Part shown: in pieces, positions 1-12,022 of the stretch
How the letters are laid out: each line of letters opens with the position of its first letter
How positions within the stretch are numbered: the stretch's first letter is position 1
Assembly: GCA_051294375.1 (NCBI GenBank)
Contig: CM119271.1
Coordinates: 12,510,373-12,574,372 of the forward strand
Source of the DNA: Paraspadella gotoi
Taxonomy: Eukaryota > Animalia > Chaetognatha
Length of the DNA stretch: 64,000 bases
Direction: 5' to 3'
Position numbers and translations under genes: made by a program
The notes under the pieces: generated by a model
Seen by the model: only the letters and a program-made list of their open reading frames with translations
What the model was told of the DNA's origin: nothing
The model's database searches: none

Positions 1-35
<35 letters not shown>

Positions 36-335
36 CGAGGAGAGGGAGAGAGGGAGAGAGAGGAGGAGAGAGATGTGGACATGTCTTTCTTTATCTTTGT
101 CTCTGAACTCTTTCAACTTTTTTGCTCGAATCTAACTTTGGTCAAAAAGCTTGTGGTCACCGACTCGTCACGTGACGGCCGAAGATAAGAAATTTATTTT
201 CACAAATTCAACGCGAATTATTCTTTAAGCTTCACGAACTGCAAAAAAAAAAAAAAAAGAATTTTAAATAAAATAAATAAAATGAATCAATAAATAAAAT
301 TTAAAAAAAAAAAGCAAAAAACCTCGGATTAAAAA

Positions 336-2850
336 ATGTTCCGACGGTCACAAAAGTTTCGTATGCCCTCATCGGCGCTGGCCGTCCGGCTGCGCCGTTT
401 CTATACAACCTGGCAAATAGCCAAAGAGGGCGTTGATATCCCGGAAATCGTCTGCTACGAACGCCAGGCGGATATCGGCGGAATGTGGAACTACACTGGC
501 GGACAGGCCTGGGACGAGTTCGGCGAAGCCCCGTTCACGTCCACATGTACGAGAACTCTGGGCCAACACTCCCAAGGAATATTTCCGAGTTGCGAAGACT
601 TTCGATTCGACGAACATTTTGGGAAAAAGTTCGCGCTTGAATTTGCCCAGAAATTCATGCTGGATATTTCAAGGGCAGATGGAAGAAGCAAGAATTTCGT
701 CATTGATTCGGTTCCATCATCTCGTAAAGAGTGTGGTGTATGAACGAGGAGAAAGATCTCTTTAGGTCGGTGGCTAAGGTAATGACTCTTGACGGAAATT
801 GTAAGAAATCTTGATGGAAATTGTAAGGAATCTAGATGGAAATTGTAAATAAAATCTAAAAGAAATTGTTACGGAAAGTTACTTCTGAATTTATTTTATA
901 AACATAAAATATATAATAGCGCAACAATTTTCGCATAACTAAATTATCTAATATACGATATCTTTAGAGTCGAATTTTTAATTTGTTTTCTATTTTGGCG
1001 GATATTTTCACCCCCCCCCAAAAAAAGGAGCTCCACAACGAATGACCTAGAAACCCACGGACCTTTACCCACGTCGTTTGTCGCCGTGGGTCATTACTGC
1101 ACGCCCAACGTCGCTTCTTTCTCGGGGATGGAAATCTTTCCCAGGTCACGTGACCGCATTCTCGACGAACATTCGTCAACTTTCCGTCTTTCGAGGAAAA
1201 CGAATTTTGATCGTCGGGAGGCGATATTCGGCCGATCGACGCCGCTTGTGCAGGTTGGAAAGAAGGGGGGGGGGAAGATTTGCGGGGGGGGAAAGATTTG
1301 GAATGAGGTTTTTTGAAAGATTTGGGAGATTGAAGAGATTTGAAGATTTAAATATTCAGGAGATTTGGCATGGGAGGGATTTGGGAAATAAGATTTAGGG
1401 ATTTAGATATATCTATCTTATCATTAATTCTTCTATACTAAATCTAATAATTAAGTGAGTGGTTTTTACTTTTTTTTTATTTTAGAGTAGAAGAACTAAC
1501 AAAATTCACATGAATTTAACGACGTCTCACGATTAGCGTCTTTTCAATATTTTCCCACCCTCCTCCCTCTCACAGTGTCTCAAAGTACAAAGCCAAGAAG
1601 TCTTCTCTCTTGGAGGAGCCAAAGAGCTTCGCTACAAATTGGCCCGTCGACGAGGTCCCCAACCTGGAACGTCCGGGTTGAAGGAAGTCGGGTCAACTTC
1701 ATGGACGGATCGTCCGCGAAGTGACAGATAATCTCCTGCACGGATTGCGACATTCATATCCTTTTCTTGAAGGACGAGTTGAGGTGAAGAGCGAGATGGG
1801 AATTTGGACGCGGGTCTTTCAGGGTGAGACATCGACATGACATGAACTGAATTTGAACATGACAGAAAACGACAAACAGATGTATCACAGATGGTGAAAT
1901 GAGAAACGTTATCATAAATCAATTATGGAAGATGAAATGAACTGACGAAATGTATTAAAGTGTCAATGAGATATAATGACATAGATGATTATGACAATTC
2001 ATGTTGGCAAGTTCTCAATTTCTAAGTTTAAAATTTTTTTTTTATAAACTACCAGATTACTATGGCATCCTCTTCAATTAGATTACCCCTATGAGATATC
2101 ACCAAGAATATACTATCTCGAAATTTGTTTAAGTTTAACTATGTAAAGATGATTATTTAATATGCTCTTAAAAAGAGATTGATTTTCTCTCATTCTTATT
2201 TACATATTGGCAGTCTTAAATCAAATGTGTCCTATTTTAATTTTGGGCTATTAATACTAGAATTATCATACATTACAATTAACTCTATAACTCTTGTTTT
2301 TCTCTCGCCCAGGCGTTCTCTACCTGCAAGGCGGCAACAACAACGTCCTTCTATCTGGCGCACACAATTTGGAATATTCCTCACCACTATTTCGAACAGC
2401 AGGCCATCTGGTGTCTAAAAGAAAACGATCTCGCTCAGGACTCCCTACCGTCCGCGCCGGAATGATGCGCCGGCGAGGCCTGTTGGCGCCGAGAATGGAC
2501 GGAATCCGGAAGGACTTTCCGGCGATGTATCGACTTGCAAGAGAAGATCGGTGAATCATCCTCTTCTACGGAAGAGAACGGACTGACAACGATTTGACGT
2601 TACAGCGTGTCAGGCGCGTGTCACATCGCGCTGATAACCGTGACATTTTTTTGAACTTACAGGGATCAACCTTGTCCGTCGGCGTTGACGGCGAGTTTGG
2701 CGCCGCGCCCGTGTAGGCCTTTCATGGAGTCGTTCGATCACGAGAGAGTCGAAGGTTTTTTGGGATTGAGCGATTCTGCTGAAGCGCTGTCGTCGTCGTC
2801 GTCGTCGTGTCCGTCGTCGTTTCATTTCCGTCATCGTCGTCATTTGCGAT
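336..2850 (+). CDS. Flavin-containing monooxygenase, bacterial Tmm/mFMO-like, 4 exons (approx. 336-778, 1028-1253, 1576-1823, 2313-~2850); frame broken by many single-base indels that look like long-read error
   Basis: Reading across frameshifts gives: N-terminal FAD Rossmann motif (..IGAG-PSG, ~370-390); IPEIVCYERQADIGGMWNYT; WANTPKEY; FDEHFGK; VGHYCTP; FPGHVTH (FMO fingerprint); FRGKRILIVGxRYSA (NADPH site); QCLKYKAK; YKWP; FMDGSS..CTG..YPFL; GGNNNVL; YRDQ..LTASLAPRPCRPFMESFD. GT donors are at 779, 1254 and 1824, and AG acceptors end at 1027, 1575 and 2312. The true stop position is uncertain. Confidence 0.88.
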
Positions 2851-3434
2851 TATCGATACAAATAATCAAAATGGAAAACTGTTTTGTTTTGTTTATTGTT
2901 TGTTTTTTCTTTTATTTTTAGTCATTGTCTAAACTCATAACTCTTAAGATAGAAATTGAATCTCAGACGTAATCTTTTTGACATTTCCTTATCTTATTGT
3001 TAAACGCTTTCAATTGAAAGAACATTTCAAAATGTCTTATCATTATCATATCATTATCATTGGGGACTTTTATTTTTTTTCCGGTTATGAATTAGTAGAC
3101 GGGACAGAATGTTAAGTCGAACGGAATAAATAGTTAAATGTTCGTACGAAAATGCCCATTGGTTATGAAAATCATGAAAATCATCCATGCCATCATTTAA
3201 TAAATAAGCTATCTAGCTAGCTCCGAGACTTTGGACAGGGCTTGGTAGTTAATATGATCTCGTGAATGGTCGTCGTCCGTGTTTGCCCTTTTGTTTATTG
3301 CCCTAATTTGTCGTCGTCATTATTCATGTCGTCTTCGTCATCCACTCGTCATATTCGTCGTCATCATCATCATCATATGCGTCATCATTCATCATCATTC
3401 TACATCATCATCATCTATATCTCATATCATTCAA

Positions 3435-6240
3435 TTATATCCTAGTGGCGTTTAATATCGCGTCAATTATCGGACTATCCGCTAGGCGTCTCGACCCGGC
3501 GCCAACTTCCGTCTCGATCCGACGCGAAATTTCGTCGCCCTCTTGTCGGTTCGAGAATTCAATCAAAGAATCTCTCTGGTCTTTGGGGGCGACGACGACG
3601 ACGAAAGATACGAAGAAGATGACGACGACTATGAGGAGAGACGACAACGATGAAGAACGAAGCGGATGAGGACGAAAAAACGACGACGACCAGAAGACGA
3701 CGGCGAACGACGAACGACTGTGTTGGGAATAAACAAAGAACAATTTTTTTTCTCATCGTCGATGAGATTCTCTTCCTTCGCCCGGACAGATGTCGGCGTG
3801 CCTTTCCTTTGTCGCGACGCAATCCCTTGCCCGTCTCTCGGCTAATATTTCTTCGCTTGATTTTCTGTCCTTTTTGTGATTCGCTTTGTTCTTTCGCATG
3901 ATCTTTTTCCCGTCGTCCCGTTCTTCATCCACCGGTTCTTTGCCCTTCTTTTTCCGGTCTTCCCCTATTAAACTATGTCACCCCAAAATTCTCCTTGTTT
4001 CTCGCGTCTTCTTCTCTTGTTCCATTCTCCTACTTCCCTTTTCTCAAACGCTTTTTATTCCCGTTCTCCACTATTTCTTCTCCATTCTTCATTAGTTCTT
4101 CTTCCACATTCTTTCCTCGTTCTCTCCACCGGTTCTCCTTCATTCTCCCATTAAGTTCTTTCCCGGATCTTCCCTTTTCCTCTCGTCATTCATCCAGTTT
4201 GTCCTCCTATTCTTCCCTAATCCTTCCTCTAATCCTTCCCTATTCTTTCTAATCCTTACTCTAATCGCTGTCGCCTATTCCTTTCCCTAATCCTGTCCCA
4301 TGTAATCATTCCTTAAAGCCTTCCCTAATCTTCCCCTAATCCTTTCGTAATCCTTCTTAAGCCTTCCCTAATCCTTCCCTTAATCCTTTCCTAATCTTTC
4401 TAATCCTTCCCCTATCCTTCCCTTATCTTTCCCCTAATCCTCCCCTATCTTTCCGTAATCCTTTCTTTATACTTTCCCTAACCTTCCCTTAATCCTTCCC
4501 CCTAATCTTTCCCTAATGCGTCCTCCATTCCCTTCCCTATTGTTTCTCCCATTCCTTCCTCATCCTTTTCCTTAACCTTCCCCTTTTCATCCCCTATTCC
4601 TTCCCTAAATCCTTTCCTCCGCCTCTAGCGGCGAATTGTTACAAAGACTCGTTTTCCCCTCGATGGGCGAATGATTATCGCCTTCGATTGCGTTCGGAAG
4701 AGAGAGAAAAAAAAATGTCTTAAGCAAAGATGGCGCTCGGTCCCGGGTCTCGACTGGTCCATCTTCATCCCCGACCTGGTCCCACAAGGCTCTGACCTGC
4801 GTTCCGCCTGGACCATCCTAGGTCCCTTCGCCTTTTTTTCCACTGGACTTTAACGGTCCATGTTTCTTCGGCTGGTCCTCCATGTCTACCATTTGTCTCT
4901 CCGCGACCTTCCATGACCCCGGCAGTTCATGTCCGTCTGGTCCTCGCCTGGTCCCGCCTGGTCGCCTTTGCCTTTTTCCTACTTTCCGCCTTTAGCGCCC
5001 CTGCCCATTCCGTTATCCCTCGGGGGTCCCGCCTGTCAACCGACCCCCTGTCCCCAGTATTCATCCAGGCCTCCACCTGGTGTTCCGCCTGGTTCCTCCC
5101 CAATCGACCTGGTGCCAATCTTTTTTTTATCACGGATGCCACTGTTCTCCGTTTTAATTGTTTCAATGGTCGCTTCGCTTCGTGAGACGAGAAAGAAAGG
5201 AAAGGAGGTAAACAAAAAGATGTAACATTTCTTTATTAAGTATTATATGTATGATTTCAAGAATATGGAAATTATTTCAAGGGGGTGACATTCTTGGTTT
5301 TATATATTTATTTCTATGTTGCAACCCGAACATGTTGACTCTAAATAAATGTTTACAAACTATTAAGCTGCGTATAGTAAACGAAGAACTGTTTTTAAAA
5401 AAAGTCGTTGAAAAAAAAAAGGCATTTTGTACTTTAATGGCATTTTTGTTTGGTAATTTATTGTTTTAATTTAAATCTCTCTCTTTTGGAGTTTTTGTTA
5501 GGGTCTTGGTCTTGTCTTTTCTTCTCTTTTTTTTTTCTTTTTCTTTTCTTTTCTTTTCTTTTCTTTTTATTTCTTTATTCTTTTTTTTTTCTTTGTCCTC
5601 TTTCTTTTCTTTTCTTTTTCTTTTTTTTCCTTTTCTTCTTTTTCTTCTTTCTTTTCTTTTCTTTTCCTTTCCCTTTTCTTTTCTGAGATTTGAAACCTTC
5701 AGGTTGAAAAACGTGAGAAACGTCGTATTTCACTGACGCGCAAAACGAAATAGAACCGAGACGCCGATCGGGATGACGCAGCTCCAGTTCTTTTCTTACC
5801 AGCGCCAGTCCAGTGCGTATTTCCACCGCCGACACCCAGGTCTTTCCACCGGCGCCAGCTCCCAGTCTTTTCTACCAGCGCCGTTATCAGTCTTTTCTAC
5901 GTGCTGCTCAGTTTTTATACGGCGCCGCTCGCAGTATTTTTCTACCTGTGCCACTCAGTATTCTTCTACCGGCGCCGCTCCAAGTTATTTTCTACCTGTG
6001 CCACTCCAGTCCTTTTTACCGGCGCGCTCCAGTATTTTTCTACCTGCTGCCCACTCCAGTCTTTTCCTACGGGCCGTTATATCTTAACTCCTAGTTTTTA
6101 TCTTCAGTCTTGAGTCTTTATTTCTTCACAGATTTCACAGACTTTGAATTTCACATTGAAGGCGTCGGTTCCCCCTCCGCCCCCAACGCCCCCCCAACGC
6201 CCCCCCTCCTTTTGTCTCACTGACGCCAATTTCAGTTCGT
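3435..6240 (-). CDS. Putative multi-exon gene of unknown function with low-complexity repeat regions (E/K/R-rich, IREG-like and APVEKT-like repeats)
   Basis: Non-microsatellite, protein-like C-terminus ..RRIETEVGAGSRRLADSPIIDAILNATRI* at 3435. Purine-rich minus strand at 3900-4620. The ~21-24 bp repeats at 5790-6075 read APVEKTG/VAQVEN on the minus strand. No recognised domain, and frames are broken by indels. Confidence 0.3.
4190..4620. repeat. Degenerate CCTTCCCTAAT-type minisatellite (second copy ~14260-14690)
   Basis: Many tandem variants of ccttccctaat seen directly. Confidence 0.8.
5790..6075. repeat. ~21-24 bp tandem repeat CCAGTCTTTTCTACCGGCGC-like (second copy ~15940-16165)
   Basis: Recurrent ..cagtcttttctacc(gg/tg)cgcc.. 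units. Confidence 0.75.
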
Positions 6241-6329
6241 GAGAGAAAAAAAAGATTTATTCTTCTCAGTGAATGAGATTTCGAACTTTGAATAAAAATG
6301 ACGATATCTAATATCTATTCGTCGGACGA

Positions 6330-6620
6330 GTATCTGATTGGCCAGAATTATGGACAATCATTATCCGCGGTTCTGATTGGTCAGATTTACTGCCAATAAT
6401 CGAGCAGTGGTTGAATCTTCTGATTAGTCAAAATTTATGGGCCAATCATAGATCCAATGTTCTAATTGGCATATATATGGCCAATTCATTGAGCCAAGGT
6501 TCTGATCAAGCGGTGGTTATTAATAGTCAGATTAAAGCCAATCATAATCCGCTGTTCTGATTGTCAGATAATAGTTACGAATCATCGAAGCCGCGGTTTT
6601 GATTGGTCAGTATTTACGGG
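6330..6620. repeat. Degenerate ~40-bp minisatellite with internal inverted GATTGG..CCAATC core (second copy ~16465-16850)
   Basis: Repeated ttctgattggtcagattta..gccaatcat units. Confidence 0.7.
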
Positions 6621-6700
6621 GCCCACTACGAAAGATAAAAAAGAATGAGGCACCGAGGGAGAAGTAAATCGTGAATTAGGTGGTGGAGAAAAAAAGCGGA

Positions 6701-6757
<57 letters not shown>

Positions 6758-7449
6758 NNNNNNNNNNNNNNNNNNNNNNNNNAGAGAGATAGAGACTCTC
6801 TATCACTCTCTTTTCAGACTCGGTGGCTCTATTCACATCTTTCCGATTTTCGTCCGAAACGAAAAAAGCGAGAAAATCAATTAAACTGAAGAGAAGAAAA
6901 CGTGTGAATCGTTGTCGTCGTCGTCGTCGTTGTCGTCGTCGTTGTTGTCGTCGTTGTTATCCTAATCCTCAGCGTAGTTGTCATCATCGTCTTCGTCATC
7001 ACCCTCTACTTTTTCGTCCTCGTCATCGTCGTCGTCGTCGTCGTTTTAATCGTCGTCATTGTCATCGTCGTCGTCATCGCGGTCGGCGTCGTCGTTGTCA
7101 TCTTCGTCAACCACGTCGTCGTCTTTGTCATCATCCTTGTTGTCGTCGTCGCCGTCGTCTTCCTCCTCTTCCTCCTCCTCCTCCTCCTCCTCGTCCAACG
7201 TCTACTTCCGGTTTTTAATAAGATAATAAATTCTTTTCTCTTGTCTTCCGGATCTCAAGCGATGAGGCGGGAACAACAACAACGACAACAACAACAACAA
7301 CGTCTAATCCAAAATGAAGCTTTAACGTCAACTCGAGGGACGAGATATCGTTGCGATGGGAGAGGCAAGCTTTGCTTGTGATTTGCTTGCTCGAAGATTC
7401 TTCTTTTTTTTTCATTTGATTGTTCATTTTATGGTTGTGGTGCTTGGAC

Positions 7450-7622
7450 TAAAGTGATGAAAAAAATGATAAAAGTGATAAAAGATAAAAGTGATAAAAG
7501 ATAAAATGATAAAACATAAAAGTGATAAAAGATAAAAGTGATAAAAGATAAAATGATAAAATATAAAAGTGATAAAAGATAAAAGTGATAAAAGATAAAA
7601 GTGATAAAAGATACAAGTGATA
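7450..7622. repeat. GATAAAA/GTGATAAAA tandem repeat (copy ~17755-17920)
   Basis: Direct inspection. Confidence 0.85.
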
Positions 7623-7704
7623 GAATTCCGCCAAAGCTTTTTTAAATCCTCGATCTTCGTTTTAAAAAAAATGGATTCATTTCCGGAAATGATGAAAGTT
7701 CGCC

Positions 7705-8030
7705 AGGTCGTCGTCGTCGTCGTTATCGTCGTCATCTTCGTCGTCGTTGTTGTCGTCGTCATCGTATTTCGTCGTCATCGTCATCTTCGCTGTCGTCGTC
7801 GTCGTAATTATCTTCGTCGTCGTCATCTTCGTCGTCGTCTTCGTCATCATCTTCGTCATTGTCGTCTTCGTTGTCTTCATCTTCGTTGTCGTCGTCGTTG
7901 TTGTCGTCGTCGTCGTCGTCATCTTCGTCGTCGTCGTCATCATCTTCGTCGTCGTCATCTTCGTTGTCGTCATCATCTTCGTGGTCGTCCTCGTCGTCGT
8001 CGTTGTCGTCGTCGTCGTCGTCATTTTCGT
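7705..8030. repeat. (GTC)n/(GTT)n/(ATC)n compound trinucleotide microsatellite; similar tracts at 6910-7195, 8557-8643, 18010-18350 and 48345-49055
   Basis: Direct inspection. These tracts are the source of the spurious poly-R/V/S/T ORFs. Confidence 0.9.
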
Positions 8031-8214
8031 CTAAAAGTCAGATGACAATCTCTCACTGATAAAGAGCTAAGTTTCCTCCGTCGGAATTTTGCGATATTTT
8101 GTTTTATTTTATTTTATTTTATTTTTTTTTTATTTCATTTACTCTCAGAAAATATATCCTAAGACATTAGATCGTTCTTATCAGCTCAGTATCAACTTTG
8201 TCATTAAGACGTAT

Positions 8215-8295
8215 TCTTTGCCCTTGAGTGATCTCCTTTGCCCTTAAGTGATCTCCTTTGCCCTTGAGTGATCTCCTTTGCCCTTGAGTGATCCA
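8215..8295. repeat. 20-bp minisatellite TGATCTCCTTTGCCCTTGAG x~4 (noisy copy ~18550-18642)
   Basis: About four near-perfect units. The period is not a multiple of 3. Confidence 0.9.
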
Positions 8296-8353
8296 CGTTG
8301 CAATTGCGTGATATACTTTGTCCTTTCTCACAATTTTACCATAATACAGAAAA

Positions 8354-8391
<38 letters not shown>

Positions 8392-8435
8392 TTTCAGAAA
8401 GTCGCGACGACTTTGTGTGGCAACGATTCTTGAAG

Positions 8436-8466
<31 letters not shown>

Positions 8467-8557
8467 TTTCGTCGTTGTCGTCGTCGTCTTTCTGGTCTGA
8501 GGATTAGGACCAGTCTGCTCGAAATAAGAGCATAAATCAAAAAGGAAAGAAAGAAGA

Positions 8558-8629
<72 letters not shown>

Positions 8630-8935
8630 CGCCGCCGCCGCCGACCCGGACGCCTGACAAGACCCTGGGAGTTTCTCGCTTAAGATTTACGCGAGAAAAG
8701 GGTGCATCGTCGACATGTACACTGTGGGCCGTAAATAAAAAAAAAAAGAAAGAAATACAAAGTGGGTTTTGAACGAGAATCCAAAGACGAAGAATCGATT
8801 TCGAAAATCGCGTTGAATTAAAGATGAGTTATGGGTGAGTTGTGTGAAAATCGGTGAACGAGTAAACTAAGGTGTTGAGAGGCGAGAAAACTGTTGACGC
8901 AACAGTGTTTNNNNNNNNNNNNNNNNNNNNNNNNN

Positions 8936-11050
8936 AGTAAAAAGAGACAAAAAGAAGAAAATAAAGAAAAGAAGAAGTAAGAAAAAAGTAACAAACAAAA
9001 AACAGAAGAAAGAAAAGAAAAGAAAAAAGAAAAAGAAGAGAAAGCAAAGAGAAAAAAAAAAAGAAAAAAAAAGAGAATAAACAAGAAAAAGAGCGGAAGA
9101 AAGAGAAAAAGAGAAAGAAAGAAAAGAATAAAAGGGAAGAAAGATCGAGAGGGAAGAGAACAGAAGATAAAGAAGAAAAAGAGGGGAAAAAGAAAGTAAA
9201 AAGACAGTAACAAAAAGAAAAAATAAAACAGAGAAAAGATGAAAGAATAGATGAAGAGAGAAAAGAAAGAAAGAGGAATATAAAAGAAAGGAAAAAAAAG
9301 AAGAGAAAAAAGAAGGGAAACTCAGCCTTCCATTCACTTCGTCGACGCAAACGAGGAGCTACCCCATCTCTCCTCACCTACCCCTACTTTCCGCGGTTCA
9401 ATCCCTTCCCCTTCATGGCCGGCCTCGCTCTATCCCTCCCTCTATTCCCCCCTTCTACTCCTCCCTCTATATCCCCTTCTATCCCTCCCTATATCGCCTA
9501 CTATCCCCCTCACTTCTCCTTTCTCTCCCCTCTTTTTCTCTGAATTCCTCATTTCTTAGAATGCTCATCACTTTTTCTTTTCCCCGTCTGAAAGGAAAGA
9601 AAAAAGAGAAAAAAAAGAGAGAAAATTCCTCCATTGAATTGATCTCCAAACGTACATGTCGCATTTTCGGCTTTTGTCCGCGGCTCTTTTGTCGCGGTTG
9701 TATGTCGCTGTTGCCGCGACGGCTCTGATCCTCGGTTACGGTTTGCCCACACGCAGAAATGACTTACTAGAAAATACTCAGTTATATTTAAAATATATAA
9801 CTATGGCTGTCATGGAAGAAAAATTATTATTTTTTTTTTCATTTTTGCCGCTTCATTCAGCAGATGAGAGAGAGAGGAGGAGGAGAGAGAGAGACGAGAG
9901 AAGATAGAAGAGAGAGAGAGAGAGAGATGAGAGGAATAATTTCCGACAAAGAAAGCCTAATTAAGGTTAAGTAAAATTAACCAACAAAAGAAAGTCAATT
10001 TTAATAGTTTGAACAAAAAGGCTCTCCGCCGACGTCGTTGCTTGCAAGTAGTAGCCGCCCCCTGCTCTGAGGGTGCTGGGGGTCTCAGCGGCTCTGCGGG
10101 AGACGCACCAAGCGGCGGATAAAGTCGGATTCGGTTTCGCCGAAAATTTGACGCCACCCGAACTTTTGTTGATGAGTTGCGATTTGATAATGGAAGAGAG
10201 AGAGAGAGGAGAGAGAGAGAGCGAGAAGAGAGAAGACGAGAGAGAGAGAGAGAAGAGAGAGAGAGGAGAGAGGAGAGAGAGATAGTATGTTAACATTAAC
10301 TTAAACGGTCTGGCATCAGAGCTAGTATTTTTCTAGTAAGCAAACTTTCTGCGTGGGCATAACGTAACGAGGATCAGAGCGTCGGCAACCCGACACAACC
10401 CGACAAAAGCCGACAAAAGCCGACAAATGCCGACAATACGTTTGAGATCATCAATGGAGAATTTTCTTTTTCTTTCTTTCCTTTCAGACGAAAAGAAAAA
10501 GTGATGAGCATTTCTAAGAAATGAGGAGATCAGAGAAAAAGAGGGAGAGACAGGAAAGTGAGGGGGATAGTGGGAGGGATAGAGGGAGGGATAGAAGGGG
10601 ATAGAGGGAGGGATAGAGGGAGGGATAGAGGGAGGGATAGAGGGAGGGATAGAGGGAGGGATAGAAAGGGAAAGTAGGGGTAAGTGAGAGATGGGTAGGT
10701 GATGGAAAAAGGTGAGTTTCCTCTCCAGTCAGCGTGGGTGCGGCTGTCGGCAACAATGGGTGGCTGTTTTCCCTTCGGGTCAGTAATTGGTGAGTTTATT
10801 GTGAATGGTTCGGGACTCGGTCGGGCTTCTCAGCTGCTCGTGGGAAGAGGAAAGCGAGAAAGTAATGAAGGAAAAGGAGAAAAGAAAAGAAAAGAAAATA
10901 GAAAAAGAAAAGAAAAGAAAAGAAAAAAAAGAAAAAGAAAAGAAAAGAAAAGAAAAGAAAAGAAAAGAAAAGAAAAAAAAGGGGAAAAAAGAAATGAAAA
11001 GAAAAGAAAAGAAAAGAAAAGAAAAGAAAAGAAAAGAAATAAAAGTCTAA
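8936..11050. repeat. Local inverted duplication: ~8936-9790 vs ~10320-11050, with a ~500 bp spacer
   Basis: 9740 gtttgcccacacgcagaaatgacttactagaaaa is the approximate reverse complement of 10328 ttttctagtaagcaaactttctgcgtgggc. 8936-10300 as a whole is the reverse complement of ~19352-20640. Confidence 0.85.
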
Positions 11051-11937
11051 AGAAAAAGTCTTAATTGAGATACGTGATGTTATAAAACTTGACCAAAGAG
11101 ATGACATGTCACTTAATGATAGAGATGATACTGATTGTCTTATCTTAGTGTCACGTTTCGTGATAAAAAAGGAGATTCTTGGATCAATACAAAGTAGAGG
11201 GGAGAGNNNNNNNNNNNNNNNNNNNNNNNNNNNNNNNNNNNNNNNNNNNNNNNNNNNNNNNNNNNNNNNNNNNNNNNNNNNNNNNNNNNNNNNNNNNNNN
11301 NNNNNNNNNNNNNNNNNNNNNNNNNNNNNNNNNNNNNNNNNNNNNNNNNNNNNNNNNNNNNNNNNNNNNNNNNNNNNNNNNNNNNNNNNNNNNNNNAGAG
11401 AGAGAGAGCGTGGGAGAGGCCTTTCAGAAAAGTCTGTTTTGTGAATGGAGATTCGAATGGAAAGATCTAATAATAGAATCGGGAAGAGTAACTAATTGTT
11501 GGNNNNNNNNNNNNNNNNNNNNNNNNNNNNNNNNNNNNNNNNNNNNNNNNNNNNNNNNNNNNNNNNNNNNNNNNNNNNNNNNNNNNNNNNNNNNNNNNNN
11601 NNNNNNNNNNNNNNNNNNNNNNNNNNNNNNNNNNNNNNNNNNNNNNNNNNNNNNNNNNNNNNNNNNNNNNNNNNNNNNNNNNNNNNNNNNNNNNNNNNNN
11701 NNNNNNNNNNNNNNNNNNNNNNNNNNNNNNNNNNNNNNNNNNNNNNNNNNNNNNNNNNNNNNNNNNNNNNNNNNNNNNNNNNNNNNNNNNNNNNNNNNNN
11801 NNNNNNNNNNNNNNNNNNNNNNNNNNNNNNNNNNNNNNNNNNNNNNNAATCCCCGTCGGTAAAGGTTAAACCCGACGATGAGATTTTTCGCGCGAATGAA
11901 ATGAAGAAAAGGAGATAAGGAGAGAGAGAGAGAGATA

Positions 11938-11975
<38 letters not shown>

Positions 11976-12022
11976 AAGAATAAAAGGGTCTTCCTGACAG
12001 CAGATACTATACAATGATGATA

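Noticed and set aside
336-2850. Bacterial contaminant contig, or a true FMO pseudogene
   Set aside because: Spliceosomal introns and host microsatellite flanks argue against contamination. The dense single-base indels with well-preserved residues fit read error better than decay, but this is unproven.
6823-8059. Arg/His/Cys-rich protamine-like ORFs and poly-V/T/S ORFs
   Set aside because: Translations of (GTC)n microsatellite, open in nearly all frames. The same applies to 48330-49391.
8215-8295. 20-bp repeats as CRISPR or coding repeat
   Set aside because: No spacers, and the period is not a multiple of three.
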